A stretch of 62,068 nucleotides of DNA from a virus. Its lineage: Duplodnaviria; Caudoviricetes. Where the stretch lies: IMG/VR virus record IMGVR_UViG_3300037222_000092, positions 1-62,068 of that record, one strand, 5' to 3'. How positions within the stretch are numbered: the stretch's first letter is position 1; every line of letters starts with the position of its first letter. The position numbers were made by a program, and so were the translations under genes. The notes under the pieces are model-generated. The model was not told where the DNA came from and did not search any database. It saw nothing but the letters and a program-made list of their open reading frames with translations. Positions 17,378-25,234 of the stretch are shown piece by piece.

Positions 17378-17755
17378 ATGAAATTCGCCACGGATGCAGT
17401 GCTTGGAGCCTCGACGGGTCGCCTCCTGGGCGACATTGGCGGCATTTACAAGGTGACATCATTCCTGATCGGTCGCGATGCCTATACGCACGATCTGGCG
17501 TTCTACGGTCGCCAAGTGAGCGCCGCGCTCAAGGCAGCATTGCCCGACCTACCGGTGGAGAAAGATGCCGAACATATAACCGGCGAGAACTACCGCGAGT
17601 CCTTGGCAACCTGGGTCAAACAATTCGGTCCTAAGATTGACCTGCCTGACAGCCTTCGGGACTGCTTGGCCGACGACAAGAACTCGCTCGAAACCCTCAG
17701 CGAAATGGTGCCGCCAGAAAAGATCGTCGTGATCGGCACCGGAAAGTCAAAATAG
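17378..17755 (+). CDS. Hypothetical phage protein
   Basis: Tandem ORF array. Confidence 0.7.
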   Translation: MKFATDAVLGASTGRLLGDIGGIYKVTSFLIGRDAYTHDLAFYGRQVSAALKAALPDLPVEKDAEHITGENYRESLATWVKQFGPKIDLPDSLRDCLADDKNSLETLSEMVPPEKIVVIGTGKSK

Positions 17756-17761
17756 GCCGCC

Positions 17762-18073
17762 ATGACCGACAACGTAACAGAGTTACCACGGCGCGATCTG
17801 ATCGATGAAATGAGCGGGCCAGACCGGCTTGGTTGCGATGTGACTTTAGAAGGTCGCGTCGTTCCAAAATTAGTTATGTTTGACCGCCGCCCCGGTCGCG
17901 ACGAGATTGAATTTTGTTTGGATGGCCGAGTGATGTTCGGATTTCCGGCGGCCCAAGCGTGGGATGCCGCCGCTTTTGCGTTCGCTGCAATGGCCGTTGG
18001 CGCTGGCTGTGATCCACTCAATTTTGAGCCATCACCGTTCGCTAAAAAAGTTGTCAACCTAGGAACAGAATAG
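17762..18073 (+). CDS. Hypothetical protein
   Basis: Tandem ORF array. Confidence 0.65.
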   Translation: MTDNVTELPRRDLIDEMSGPDRLGCDVTLEGRVVPKLVMFDRRPGRDEIEFCLDGRVMFGFPAAQAWDAAAFAFAAMAVGAGCDPLNFEPSPFAKKVVNLGTE

Positions 18074-18083
18074 GCCCGGAACG

Positions 18084-18335
18084 ATGGGACGCGGCAATCG
18101 ACCTCTGACATACTCGGAAAAGAAGGCTATCTCCGATGCCGTCAATGAGATTTACGCGATCATCCGCGCCCTTCCATCCCCGCGCGATGCCGCCAAGGCC
18201 CTGGCTGGGGCACACGTCAGGCTGATGGAGGCAGACGGCGCGACCACAGACACCGTGCGCGAGAAGATGCGAGACGTTCACAATGCGGTACTTGAAAGCT
18301 GGTCGGCTCGTGCAGGCGAGCCGGTGCCGCAATAG
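18084..18335 (+). CDS. Hypothetical protein
   Basis: Tandem ORF array. Confidence 0.6.
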   Translation: MGRGNRPLTYSEKKAISDAVNEIYAIIRALPSPRDAAKALAGAHVRLMEADGATTDTVREKMRDVHNAVLESWSARAGEPVPQ

Positions 18336-18351
18336 TCAGGAAAGGCCCCAA

Positions 18352-18681
18352 ATGAAACTAGATCGCAATAATAATCCTGGCGGCATGGGCAAGTACGCTC
18401 TCATAAAGCTTCGAAACTACCCGCCTTCAATTCGCGCAATTGAGCGTGCCCGCGTGGATACGGCACTTGCGATCTTGCGGGATTTCAAAATGCTCGATTA
18501 CGGCAATGTAGGAACCGAAAGCGAGTTTATGGTGATCCGCCTTAAGGATAGATACGCTCAAGAGGCCCTTTGGGCTTACGCGAACGAGGCAGACAAAGAC
18601 GATCACGAATATGCGGGCGAGATTATCGAGATGGCAAATCGCTCTGGCCCCGACTCGCCGTTCTGCAAAAGACCTGACTAG
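18352..18681 (+). CDS. Hypothetical phage protein
   Basis: MKLDRN...GKYALIKLR...EFMVIRLKDRYAQEAL; RBS present. Confidence 0.7.
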   Translation: MKLDRNNNPGGMGKYALIKLRNYPPSIRAIERARVDTALAILRDFKMLDYGNVGTESEFMVIRLKDRYAQEALWAYANEADKDDHEYAGEIIEMANRSGPDSPFCKRPD

Positions 18682-18697
18682 AATAGGGGGGGCATTT

Positions 18698-18853
18698 ATG
18701 ACGAAGGCAGAATTTGTAGAACGCATTCAGCCAATCATCGAGCGCGTTCAAGAATCGACGCAAGGCATTGCTGATTGGCTTGGCGAAGCTACGCCAGAAG
18801 ATGCCGCCAAAGAAATCGCGGACATTGTTCCACAATTTGCCTTTGAAGATTGA
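18698..18853 (+). CDS. Hypothetical protein
   Basis: G-rich RBS before ATG 18698. Confidence 0.5.
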   Translation: MTKAEFVERIQPIIERVQESTQGIADWLGEATPEDAAKEIADIVPQFAFED

Positions 18854-18865
18854 AGAGCCGACTCA

Positions 18866-19072
18866 ATGCCAGACGTAAACGACATTGCTGATAACGAGCT
18901 GGTGAGCCGCGCTGTTCGCGACTGTCGGCGTGGACGCGGGCGTGCAAAGCTTCCCTTATGGTCTGTCGTCTCCGAACGGTTTGTACTCGGGTCCACTTAC
19001 GCAAGTCAGTTATGCCGGCGCTTCGGTCTTGATCCCGATGAAATGGTCAAGGCGAATGTGCGGGTTCGTTGA
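18866..19072 (+). CDS. Hypothetical phage protein
   Basis: WSVVSERFVLGSTYASQLCRRFGLDPDE is a motif seen in small phage proteins. Confidence 0.65.
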   Translation: MPDVNDIADNELVSRAVRDCRRGRGRAKLPLWSVVSERFVLGSTYASQLCRRFGLDPDEMVKANVRVR

Positions 19073-19091
19073 ATGAGCAGGAATGCCCGCC

Positions 19092-19256
19092 ATGACAATC
19101 CTCAAAGATTTCAGCCAGGAAATAGATCAGGAAACCCGATTGGAGTTACACCGGGAGATAGATCGGCTGCGGGCGCTCCTGCAGGAAGTAGCTGCCAATA
19201 CTTTTGATGGCCCAATGCGGGCCAAGATCAACGCCGAACTAAACCGAACAAATTGA
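19092..19256 (+). CDS. 54-aa coiled-coil hypothetical protein
   Basis: Open frame MTILKDFSQE...EIDRLRALL, with AGGA upstream. Confidence 0.45.
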   Translation: MTILKDFSQEIDQETRLELHREIDRLRALLQEVAANTFDGPMRAKINAELNRTN

Positions 19257-19435
19257 GGCCCGATCCAATGCTGCTACTGACAGACAATAATGTTGCTGTG
19301 GTTGTATCTGAGGCAGTCATTCGCGAGCGCGAGGGGTGTGCCAAGCTTGCGGACAAGATAGCATCTGACCACTTAGAGAGTGATGGTGAGTATTTCATTG
19401 CGCGTAAGATTGCAGACGCTATCCGAAAACAATAG
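19253..19435 (+). CDS. Hypothetical phage protein
   Basis: EREGCAKLAD...IADAIR motif common in phage small proteins. Confidence 0.55.
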   Translation: MRPDPMLLLTDNNVAVVVSEAVIREREGCAKLADKIASDHLESDGEYFIARKIADAIRKQ

Positions 19436-19448
19436 ACGCCCGCACCAT

Positions 19449-19664
19449 TCATCTATCATTATGAATATATTTCGATCCGTTATGACTCTCACAAGACCAT
19501 TGATAATTCCCGGTGTAAACGCAGGCGTCCTCACGCGGTTTCTGCGCCGGCACGCGCAGGGCATAGGCTATCGAACCCCCTAGCAGCGCTACGCAAACGA
19601 AAGAGAGAACGACGGCAATCCGCCGTAACCGCTTCGCCTTTTCCGACTTAGATCGGCGCCTCAT
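19449..19664 (-). CDS. Small membrane protein
   Basis: GGAGG RBS; basic N-terminus plus one TM helix. Confidence 0.5.
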   Translation of the reverse strand: MRRRSKSEKAKRLRRIAVVLSFVCVALLGGSIAYALRVPAQKPREDACVYTGNYQWSCESHNGSKYIHNDR

Positions 19665-19700
19665 GTCGCCCTCCAGTAGTAGATGCTAGATATCCGGCTG

Positions 19701-19730
19701 AAAAAAAGGGCGCCACATGGGCGCCCTTCT
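19701..19730 (-). terminator. Intrinsic terminator at the end of the late operon
   Basis: Minus strand AAGGGCGCC-CATGT-GGCGCCCTT followed by a T-run. Confidence 0.8.
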
Positions 19731-19754
19731 CATTTTCATCTTGCACGGAGTTGG

Positions 19755-20174
19755 CTATGCGGCCGGCGTCGCCGCAGCAGCGGCAGCAGCAGCCGCCGCA
19801 GCCGGAGGCGTCGGCGTATTTGCAGTGACTGCCGGAATCAGGTTCTGGACCAGAGTTGTGTTGCCCTGGATACCAGCGTCTATATTGTCGAGAGCAGCCT
19901 GGACGGCCGTGGGGTCGTTGGCGGCGACAGCGGCCTTGAGGGCGGCAACTTGAGCCGTGAGATCGGTGTTCGATGCATTGAGCGCCTGCACGCCGACGAC
20001 GACACCCTGCAGGACGGTAGTCTGCGCGGCGATGTCAGCTTGTGCTTTCGTAAAGTCAACCATGATTGTCTCCTTGATCGAGATGATTAGCTCACGTAGC
20101 TCAATCGCCCAGGGCGGAGCCGTATCCCAGGGAGAGTCGTTGTGATTAAAGTCGAAGCCGAATAGTTTTTGCAT
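19755..20174 (-). CDS. Ala-rich coiled-coil protein
   Basis: Heptad Ala/Leu pattern and poly-Ala tail. Confidence 0.7.
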   Translation of the reverse strand: MQKLFGFDFNHNDSPWDTAPPWAIELRELIISIKETIMVDFTKAQADIAAQTTVLQGVVVGVQALNASNTDLTAQVAALKAAVAANDPTAVQAALDNIDAGIQGNTTLVQNLIPAVTANTPTPPAAAAAAAAAAATPAA

Positions 20175-20246
20175 GTCAGTGTGCTCCCTGCGGGACAATG
20201 TTTGCCGGCGGGACAGCCTCCGGGCTTGGCCTACGCGGTTACAAAA

Positions 20247-20753
20247 TTATCGCGGCGCGACCATAAACTTCACGCACGCCGTGTGAACCTTGATCGGCCA
20301 AAACTTATGCAGCGGATTGCAGTAGAAAGTTGTGTCAGTCGATGAGCATGTCTCGCCAGAAGCAATCGCCATCGGTAGAATATAAGGGATCGGAGTTGCA
20401 ATCCGATATTTTCCAGGCGGCAGATCGTTGAACTGCGTCGGAGTTGGCGGAAACACCCAAGGAAATCCTGCGGCATCAGTCATCGTTCGCTGAAAGATTC
20501 CGCTACAACCAGACCTGTAAACGATCACGTCCGACTGCAATCGGATTGCCTCGCCATGAATTGCCGGATTTGGAGAGACAATGCCATTCTCTAATATATA
20601 CGGAGGTTCGCGATCAGATGCCCATACGCCAAGAACGGCAGCAGCGATGCCGAAAAATAAAAAGATGATCGCGCTACGTATCATGCAAGATATCCCGGCC
20701 ATAGTCCGAAGAAGACAATCTTTTTTGGTGCAGAATATACAATTGTGAAACAT
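20247..20753 (-). CDS. Membrane-anchored protein with Cys-containing periplasmic domain
   Basis: TM helix followed by DREPP...YCNPLHKFWPI. Confidence 0.65.
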   Translation of the reverse strand: MFHNCIFCTKKDCLLRTMAGISCMIRSAIIFLFFGIAAAVLGVWASDREPPYILENGIVSPNPAIHGEAIRLQSDVIVYRSGCSGIFQRTMTDAAGFPWVFPPTPTQFNDLPPGKYRIATPIPYILPMAIASGETCSSTDTTFYCNPLHKFWPIKVHTACVKFMVAPR

Positions 20754-21058
20754 TATCGTCCCGCGTGACTGATCAAACCCCACAGTTTCTGCAGGGCCTC
20801 ACCGAAGGCAGCGGCACCCACGAAGATCGTGACGATCATAAACATCAACCACTTGACAAACTTACCGCCAGCCTTGGTTGCGTGGAAGAACCTTACGGCG
20901 TCGTTTAGTTCCTTGATGTCCTCTTTGCGCAAGTCCTCAAGCCACTTCCGCGTCGGCTCAGGCAATTGTCCAAACCGTTCGACTGGATCATGATAGAGAT
21001 GGGCGTAGTCATCGTCGCCATGGTCCCTATGATCTCTATGATCATTTTCGGAGACCAC
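20753..21058 (-). CDS. Membrane protein of the lysis region
   Basis: C-terminal TM helix. Confidence 0.6.
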   Translation of the reverse strand: MVSENDHRDHRDHGDDDYAHLYHDPVERFGQLPEPTRKWLEDLRKEDIKELNDAVRFFHATKAGGKFVKWLMFMIVTIFVGAAAFGEALQKLWGLISHAGR

Positions 21059-21059
21059 G

Positions 21060-21473
21060 TTATGATTTCGCCGGCGTTGGTGCGTTTGCGGCAGGTGCGG
21101 CGGTCGGCGCAACCCGCGCCGATGAAACCGTAATATCTCGCAATTGCTGGGCGATGCTCTTGAGGGAGTCGGTCACGTTCGAGGAAAACTTGTCATCGTC
21201 CTTCGTGTGGTCATCAAACCGCGTGCCGACCATCGTCAGTTTGTTCACCGTGTCACCCTGCACGGTGTTCATTTTTCCGATCTGGTCCCACATCACTTTT
21301 GCATTAGCTTCGCGCGCTTTCACTTCGTCGACGTGGTTACTTTCCAAGATGCCAATCTCGTGCTGGACAAACCAGACAATGGCGATCATCAAAAACGGCA
21401 CAACCATTATCGCAACGCGCGATGTAAAGCGGCTGAAGGTACTCTCAGCGATCTTGTCGAAGGTTCCCGTCAC
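21060..21473 (-). CDS. Single-TM coiled-coil protein
   Basis: N-terminal TM helix followed by a helical domain. Confidence 0.65.
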   Translation of the reverse strand: MTGTFDKIAESTFSRFTSRVAIMVVPFLMIAIVWFVQHEIGILESNHVDEVKAREANAKVMWDQIGKMNTVQGDTVNKLTMVGTRFDDHTKDDDKFSSNVTDSLKSIAQQLRDITVSSARVAPTAAPAANAPTPAKS

Positions 21474-21474
21474 G

Positions 21475-22140
21475 TCACATCTCCCCGTCTGGAAGTTTGT
21501 TCATGGCGGCGTTATAGAGCGCAAAATTGTGCCAGCGGAACAAGATATCAATGTCGATAGATATCGGCGGCTCGTTGACGAATAGATGCGGCGCTCCGGC
21601 GCAATACCATTCAAGAGGCATTGTGAATGGAACATCAGTAACGCGATCGTAGTCGTCTTTTCCGCCATTAACAAAATTGTAATTCGGCACATTTGTCAGA
21701 ATATGGGCCAGATCTGAGAATCCCGGACGCGGCTCGCCCCATGTGATGCGCGCGAGCGGTGGCTTACCGCCGGCGATTGCATAGGCCGTGGCGATGGCAG
21801 CGCGGGCGGCGCCTAAACTATGCCCGCAGATGACGAACGGATCATCACCGATATAGTTCATCGCATCGGCAAGAATATCCCGCATACCGTCGTGGAAACC
21901 GGGATGCACATGGCTCGCAAGTTCCGGCACCCATATCGCCAGGGCCTCAAAATCGTGTAGCCAATCGTCGCGCGTGACCGAGCCGCGCAATATCAGATAC
22001 CAAAAGCCATCGATTTTAACGACTGCCCAACAGATCACGCCGTTTTCGCGATAGGCCCAGGAAACATCAACTGCCCCCGGCCTGCCGTATAGGCTAAACA
22101 CAAGCGCGGATGCCGATTTGATAATAGTGGTAGAGATCAC
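21475..22140 (-). CDS. Class 3 lipase family alpha/beta hydrolase
   Basis: LRGS...DWLHD, VHPGF, GHSLG nucleophile elbow, GEPR, DRVTDVP and C-terminal His. Confidence 0.9.
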   Translation of the reverse strand: MISTTIIKSASALVFSLYGRPGAVDVSWAYRENGVICWAVVKIDGFWYLILRGSVTRDDWLHDFEALAIWVPELASHVHPGFHDGMRDILADAMNYIGDDPFVICGHSLGAARAAIATAYAIAGGKPPLARITWGEPRPGFSDLAHILTNVPNYNFVNGGKDDYDRVTDVPFTMPLEWYCAGAPHLFVNEPPISIDIDILFRWHNFALYNAAMNKLPDGEM

Positions 22141-22328
22141 GGGTTAGCCTCTTGCTTCATCAGTTCCGCGATCACGCTCTCACGTCCGGAATTCAGCTTG
22201 TAGATGCCGGCCACAAAATCCTCGACCGTGCCAGGTTGAAGATTGGCGGACCACAAGATGAAACGCTCCGAGACCGCCCGGTCAAAGGCGATCTCGACGG
22301 CGGCAACTGCGCGAGCCTGAAAGGTCAT
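22137..22328 (-). CDS. Hypothetical protein
   Basis: Coupled ORF. Confidence 0.5.
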   Translation of the reverse strand: MTFQARAVAAVEIAFDRAVSERFILWSANLQPGTVEDFVAGIYKLNSGRESVIAELMKQEANP

Positions 22329-22894
22329 TACGGAATAAGGCCGCCGGTCGCTCCAAATGCGGCCACGCCGGTCACGATTCCGTTGATGAGCGCCAGCACG
22401 TTGGTCTTGAACATGGTCGCCGCACCGGCGCACGACGTATAGAGCGCGCCTTGGGGCGAGAGATTGTCCACCAATTCAGCCACGCTTTCGATGTCGCTGA
22501 TGGCGTGGGGATCGGGTTTTACCAAAGGGGTTTTTCCGTCGGCCCCGACCAATGAGAGTCCGGAGGCCTGCGCGTTCACGGCGATAATCGCGTTGAGGCA
22601 CTGCAGGCGAGTCTTGGATGCAGGCGTAGCCGCCGCCGTTGCCATCGCCGCGGCATAGGTAAGATCCGCTGCATTGGCTGACAGAATCGCTGCCCATATT
22701 TTCGGGCCGTCCTTGGTTATGTCGCTGGTCAGCGTCACACCGGCGATCGATGGCTTGGCTACGGTGCCCCCATGCAAATCGGTATTGATATCCTTGACGA
22801 CGTTTCCCGTAACCGCGGGGCGTCTCACTTGTGCATTGGCTGGCAACGCGAGCAACGCGAGACCGATAGCTGCAGCAAAGATCGTTCTAAACAT
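22328..22894 (-). CDS. Sec-exported helical protein
   Basis: Signal MFRTIFAAAIGLALLALPANA; two Cys; hydrophobic C-terminus; AGGAG RBS. Confidence 0.7.
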   Translation of the reverse strand: MFRTIFAAAIGLALLALPANAQVRRPAVTGNVVKDINTDLHGGTVAKPSIAGVTLTSDITKDGPKIWAAILSANAADLTYAAAMATAAATPASKTRLQCLNAIIAVNAQASGLSLVGADGKTPLVKPDPHAISDIESVAELVDNLSPQGALYTSCAGAATMFKTNVLALINGIVTGVAAFGATGGLIP

Positions 22895-23084
22895 TGGAAT
22901 CTCCTTGGGGTGTTGCATCTCTTACCTTGTCCACCGCCGCGACGACCGCCGCGACGGCTTGATCGATATAGGCAGCCGGGACCATGCGCTGCTCCCAGGC
23001 CTGGATTAGCGTCGCCACCATGGCCTTCAGCGCGGTAGTGCCGGCCGCGATTTCGGCGGCGGTTAATTGCGGGGATGTTGTCAT
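22887..23084 (-). CDS. Small Ala-rich protein
   Basis: Coupled ORF. Confidence 0.55.
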   Translation of the reverse strand: MTTSPQLTAAEIAAGTTALKAMVATLIQAWEQRMVPAAYIDQAVAAVVAAVDKVRDATPQGDSNV

Positions 23085-23356
23085 TTTGTGATCCCTTTTG
23101 ATGGCGCAACCGGCGCGGGCACGGTTGGCCCGAGCGGAAACTGAGCCAATGCTTGTGGCGAACTGCCCGACGGGATCATGTGCAGCACGGCATTGAGCGT
23201 GCTGATTGCCCCGCCGAAAAACACACAGATTGCGACGATCTCATTTGCGACCGAAGTGCTGAAAATGGTGGTGAGCTCGGCACCGGCGCCGGCCGTGAAC
23301 ATCAGCAGCGCCGCAACAATGCTGATCCACATTCCCACGCGAGGATTGATCGTCAT
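23081..23356 (-). CDS. Putative holin (2 TM)
   Basis: Two TM helices directly after the endolysin. Confidence 0.6.
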   Translation of the reverse strand: MTINPRVGMWISIVAALLMFTAGAGAELTTIFSTSVANEIVAICVFFGGAISTLNAVLHMIPSGSSPQALAQFPLGPTVPAPVAPSKGITK

Positions 23357-23393
23357 TCGATTTCCTTTCGTTATTAACGGAAGAGATTCAAGA

Positions 23394-24218
23394 TTAAGGA
23401 ATCATCGCAGACTTGATTGCAGCGCGCGTGACCGGCCCGGCGATCCCATCGGAAACAAGATCGTGTTTTGCCTGGAATGAAGTCACGGCAGCTTTCGTTG
23501 CCGCACCCGCATCTCCATCGACCGCGAGATGATCTCCGAGTTTGTTCAGCGATGTTTGCAGCCAGGTGACGGAAGTGAGTTCTTCCTCTGTCATGCCGGA
23601 GCTTGCAACCTCGTTCACCGCGGCGGGAATCTCGACATGATCACCAGGATGTGCTGCCTGCATATAGGTGGCTACGTCGGCGACCAGCTCAGCCTTCACC
23701 ATATTTCTACCGGGGCAGGTCTTATGGGTAGTCACGGGATCTTCCTTATGGAAGTGAATCCCGCGGACGCCAAATTTATAGTCCACCGGATTCAAGCCAA
23801 TGCGGGCGTGCAGGATGGCGAGCATGGCAATCAGATTTGTGCGGCTGCCGTTGCCAAACGGCTCGGACTCAAATTCGCCGACCGTCTCGATGCCCCAGGT
23901 TATTGAATTCCAGGCCGGCGAATGCGTGCCGTGCTGGGTGAATGGTGTGAATAATAAAATTCCATCTGGGCAGACGAAGGCGTGTGGGCCACCTGACCAA
24001 CCCATGCCAGCGTAATAGCTCTGCAGGTTGCGGCCCCATTGTTCGGGCGTCCAATTGCCGTGCTTTTCCGGATGCGCGCGCCATTCGGCGTAATTTGAGA
24101 GGCTCGGCGCCGAGGCGTTGTGAACCACAACGAATTGAGGCTTCCAGCCGGTGAATTGCAGCGCGGCGACATGCGCGGCAAAGCCGGGCACGTCGACAAA
24201 TTTGTCGACGATAATCAT
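23394..24218 (-). CDS. Endolysin: N-acetylmuramoyl-L-alanine amidase plus PG-binding domain
   Basis: VVVHN, GPHAF, GIETVG, HKE...HKTCPG; C-terminal VDG..G..T..AV..FQ..H.L..DGIAGP.T. Confidence 0.92.
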   Translation of the reverse strand: MIIVDKFVDVPGFAAHVAALQFTGWKPQFVVVHNASAPSLSNYAEWRAHPEKHGNWTPEQWGRNLQSYYAGMGWSGGPHAFVCPDGILLFTPFTQHGTHSPAWNSITWGIETVGEFESEPFGNGSRTNLIAMLAILHARIGLNPVDYKFGVRGIHFHKEDPVTTHKTCPGRNMVKAELVADVATYMQAAHPGDHVEIPAAVNEVASSGMTEEELTSVTWLQTSLNKLGDHLAVDGDAGAATKAAVTSFQAKHDLVSDGIAGPVTRAAIKSAMIP

Positions 24219-24239
24219 GGGGCACCTTTCGCGAGATGA

Positions 24240-24809
24240 TTATTGAGAGACGGCAGGCGGAATGATGATCGCCAATGCGCGCGCATTCGCCTTATTGCAT
24301 CGGTTCATCCATCCGTGGCCATAACCGGTCTTGGTAACCGGGCTCGGCACCCAATTCGGGCTTTCGTGTTTCTTGGAAATCCAGACCGCGCCGAGTGCCA
24401 GCACCAGCGCTTTCGCATCAGCCTGCTTTGCGAGCGCAACCGTCGCGTCGTCCATTGCCCCGGTGAGCGGCCACATGCCGAGCGCGAGCTGCAGGGCGAT
24501 GATTCCGCCATGAAGACCGAGGTTCACTGCAATATCGAGTAGGCGATAATCGGGACCGCTCGGCAATTCATCAAACCGAAGCGGCGCGGCAAACATATCG
24601 GTATAGATTTGCGCCGCCGTCTCGCTCGTTATAGCTCCCACATCATCAACGGTTGCCGGAGGCAAGCCTTTTGTCTTGCGCCAGTCACTCAGGAACGTCA
24701 CCGATACGCCGTGTCGGCTTGCACCTCCTGGCTCAGATGCGCCCACATTTAGTTCCGAGCCTTCGTCCTCGTCGATGTAGGCAAGTGACGAGGGAAGATT
24801 TGCTATCAC
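24240..24809 (-). CDS. Glycoside hydrolase family 108-like lysozyme (divergent)
   Basis: EG...EPGGASRHGVS...FDELPSG.D..LLDIAVNLG...GWMNR. Confidence 0.8.
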   Translation of the reverse strand: MIANLPSSLAYIDEDEGSELNVGASEPGGASRHGVSVTFLSDWRKTKGLPPATVDDVGAITSETAAQIYTDMFAAPLRFDELPSGPDYRLLDIAVNLGLHGGIIALQLALGMWPLTGAMDDATVALAKQADAKALVLALGAVWISKKHESPNWVPSPVTKTGYGHGWMNRCNKANARALAIIIPPAVSQ

Positions 24810-25216
24810 GATGGGATCAAGGTTGCAGTGAGTATTGGGCCAACATAGGTGCCGACGCTGACAATCACCCAGCGGAACTGATCTCCGAAGATGCCGTCAA
24901 CGGAGGTGCTGGCCGTTAGCGCAAGGCTGCCTGGCGTCTTGTCTGTGACCTGTGGCGTCAGCTTCGACAAATTCCTGTTCTTGACGGCATTGGCTGTGGT
25001 CCAATGGAAGTTGGCCACGTCCTGCCAGGTGACACCAGAATCGAGCGAGGTCTGCAGATAGAGATCGATGGTCGTTCCGCCTGAGGCATAACCGGTCACG
25101 GATGCCTGGACGGTCAAGGCGAGCATTCCATCGAAGCGTGTCATAGGCAGACCTGTGACTGTGCCAGCGACCGTGATTGGGTTAGGCCCGAAAGTTCTGA
25201 TCTGTGGTTGCAGCAT
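24806..25216 (-). CDS. Beta-sandwich virion-associated protein
   Basis: GGTTIDLYLQTSLDSGVTWQDVANF; follows the tail tip gene. Confidence 0.65.
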   Translation of the reverse strand: MLQPQIRTFGPNPITVAGTVTGLPMTRFDGMLALTVQASVTGYASGGTTIDLYLQTSLDSGVTWQDVANFHWTTANAVKNRNLSKLTPQVTDKTPGSLALTASTSVDGIFGDQFRWVIVSVGTYVGPILTATLIPS

Positions 25217-25234
25217 AGAAGCGCTCCTTGTGCG

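Noticed and set aside
19755-19810. Poly-Ala GCN repeat as a special element
   Set aside because: It is a low-complexity protein tail only.
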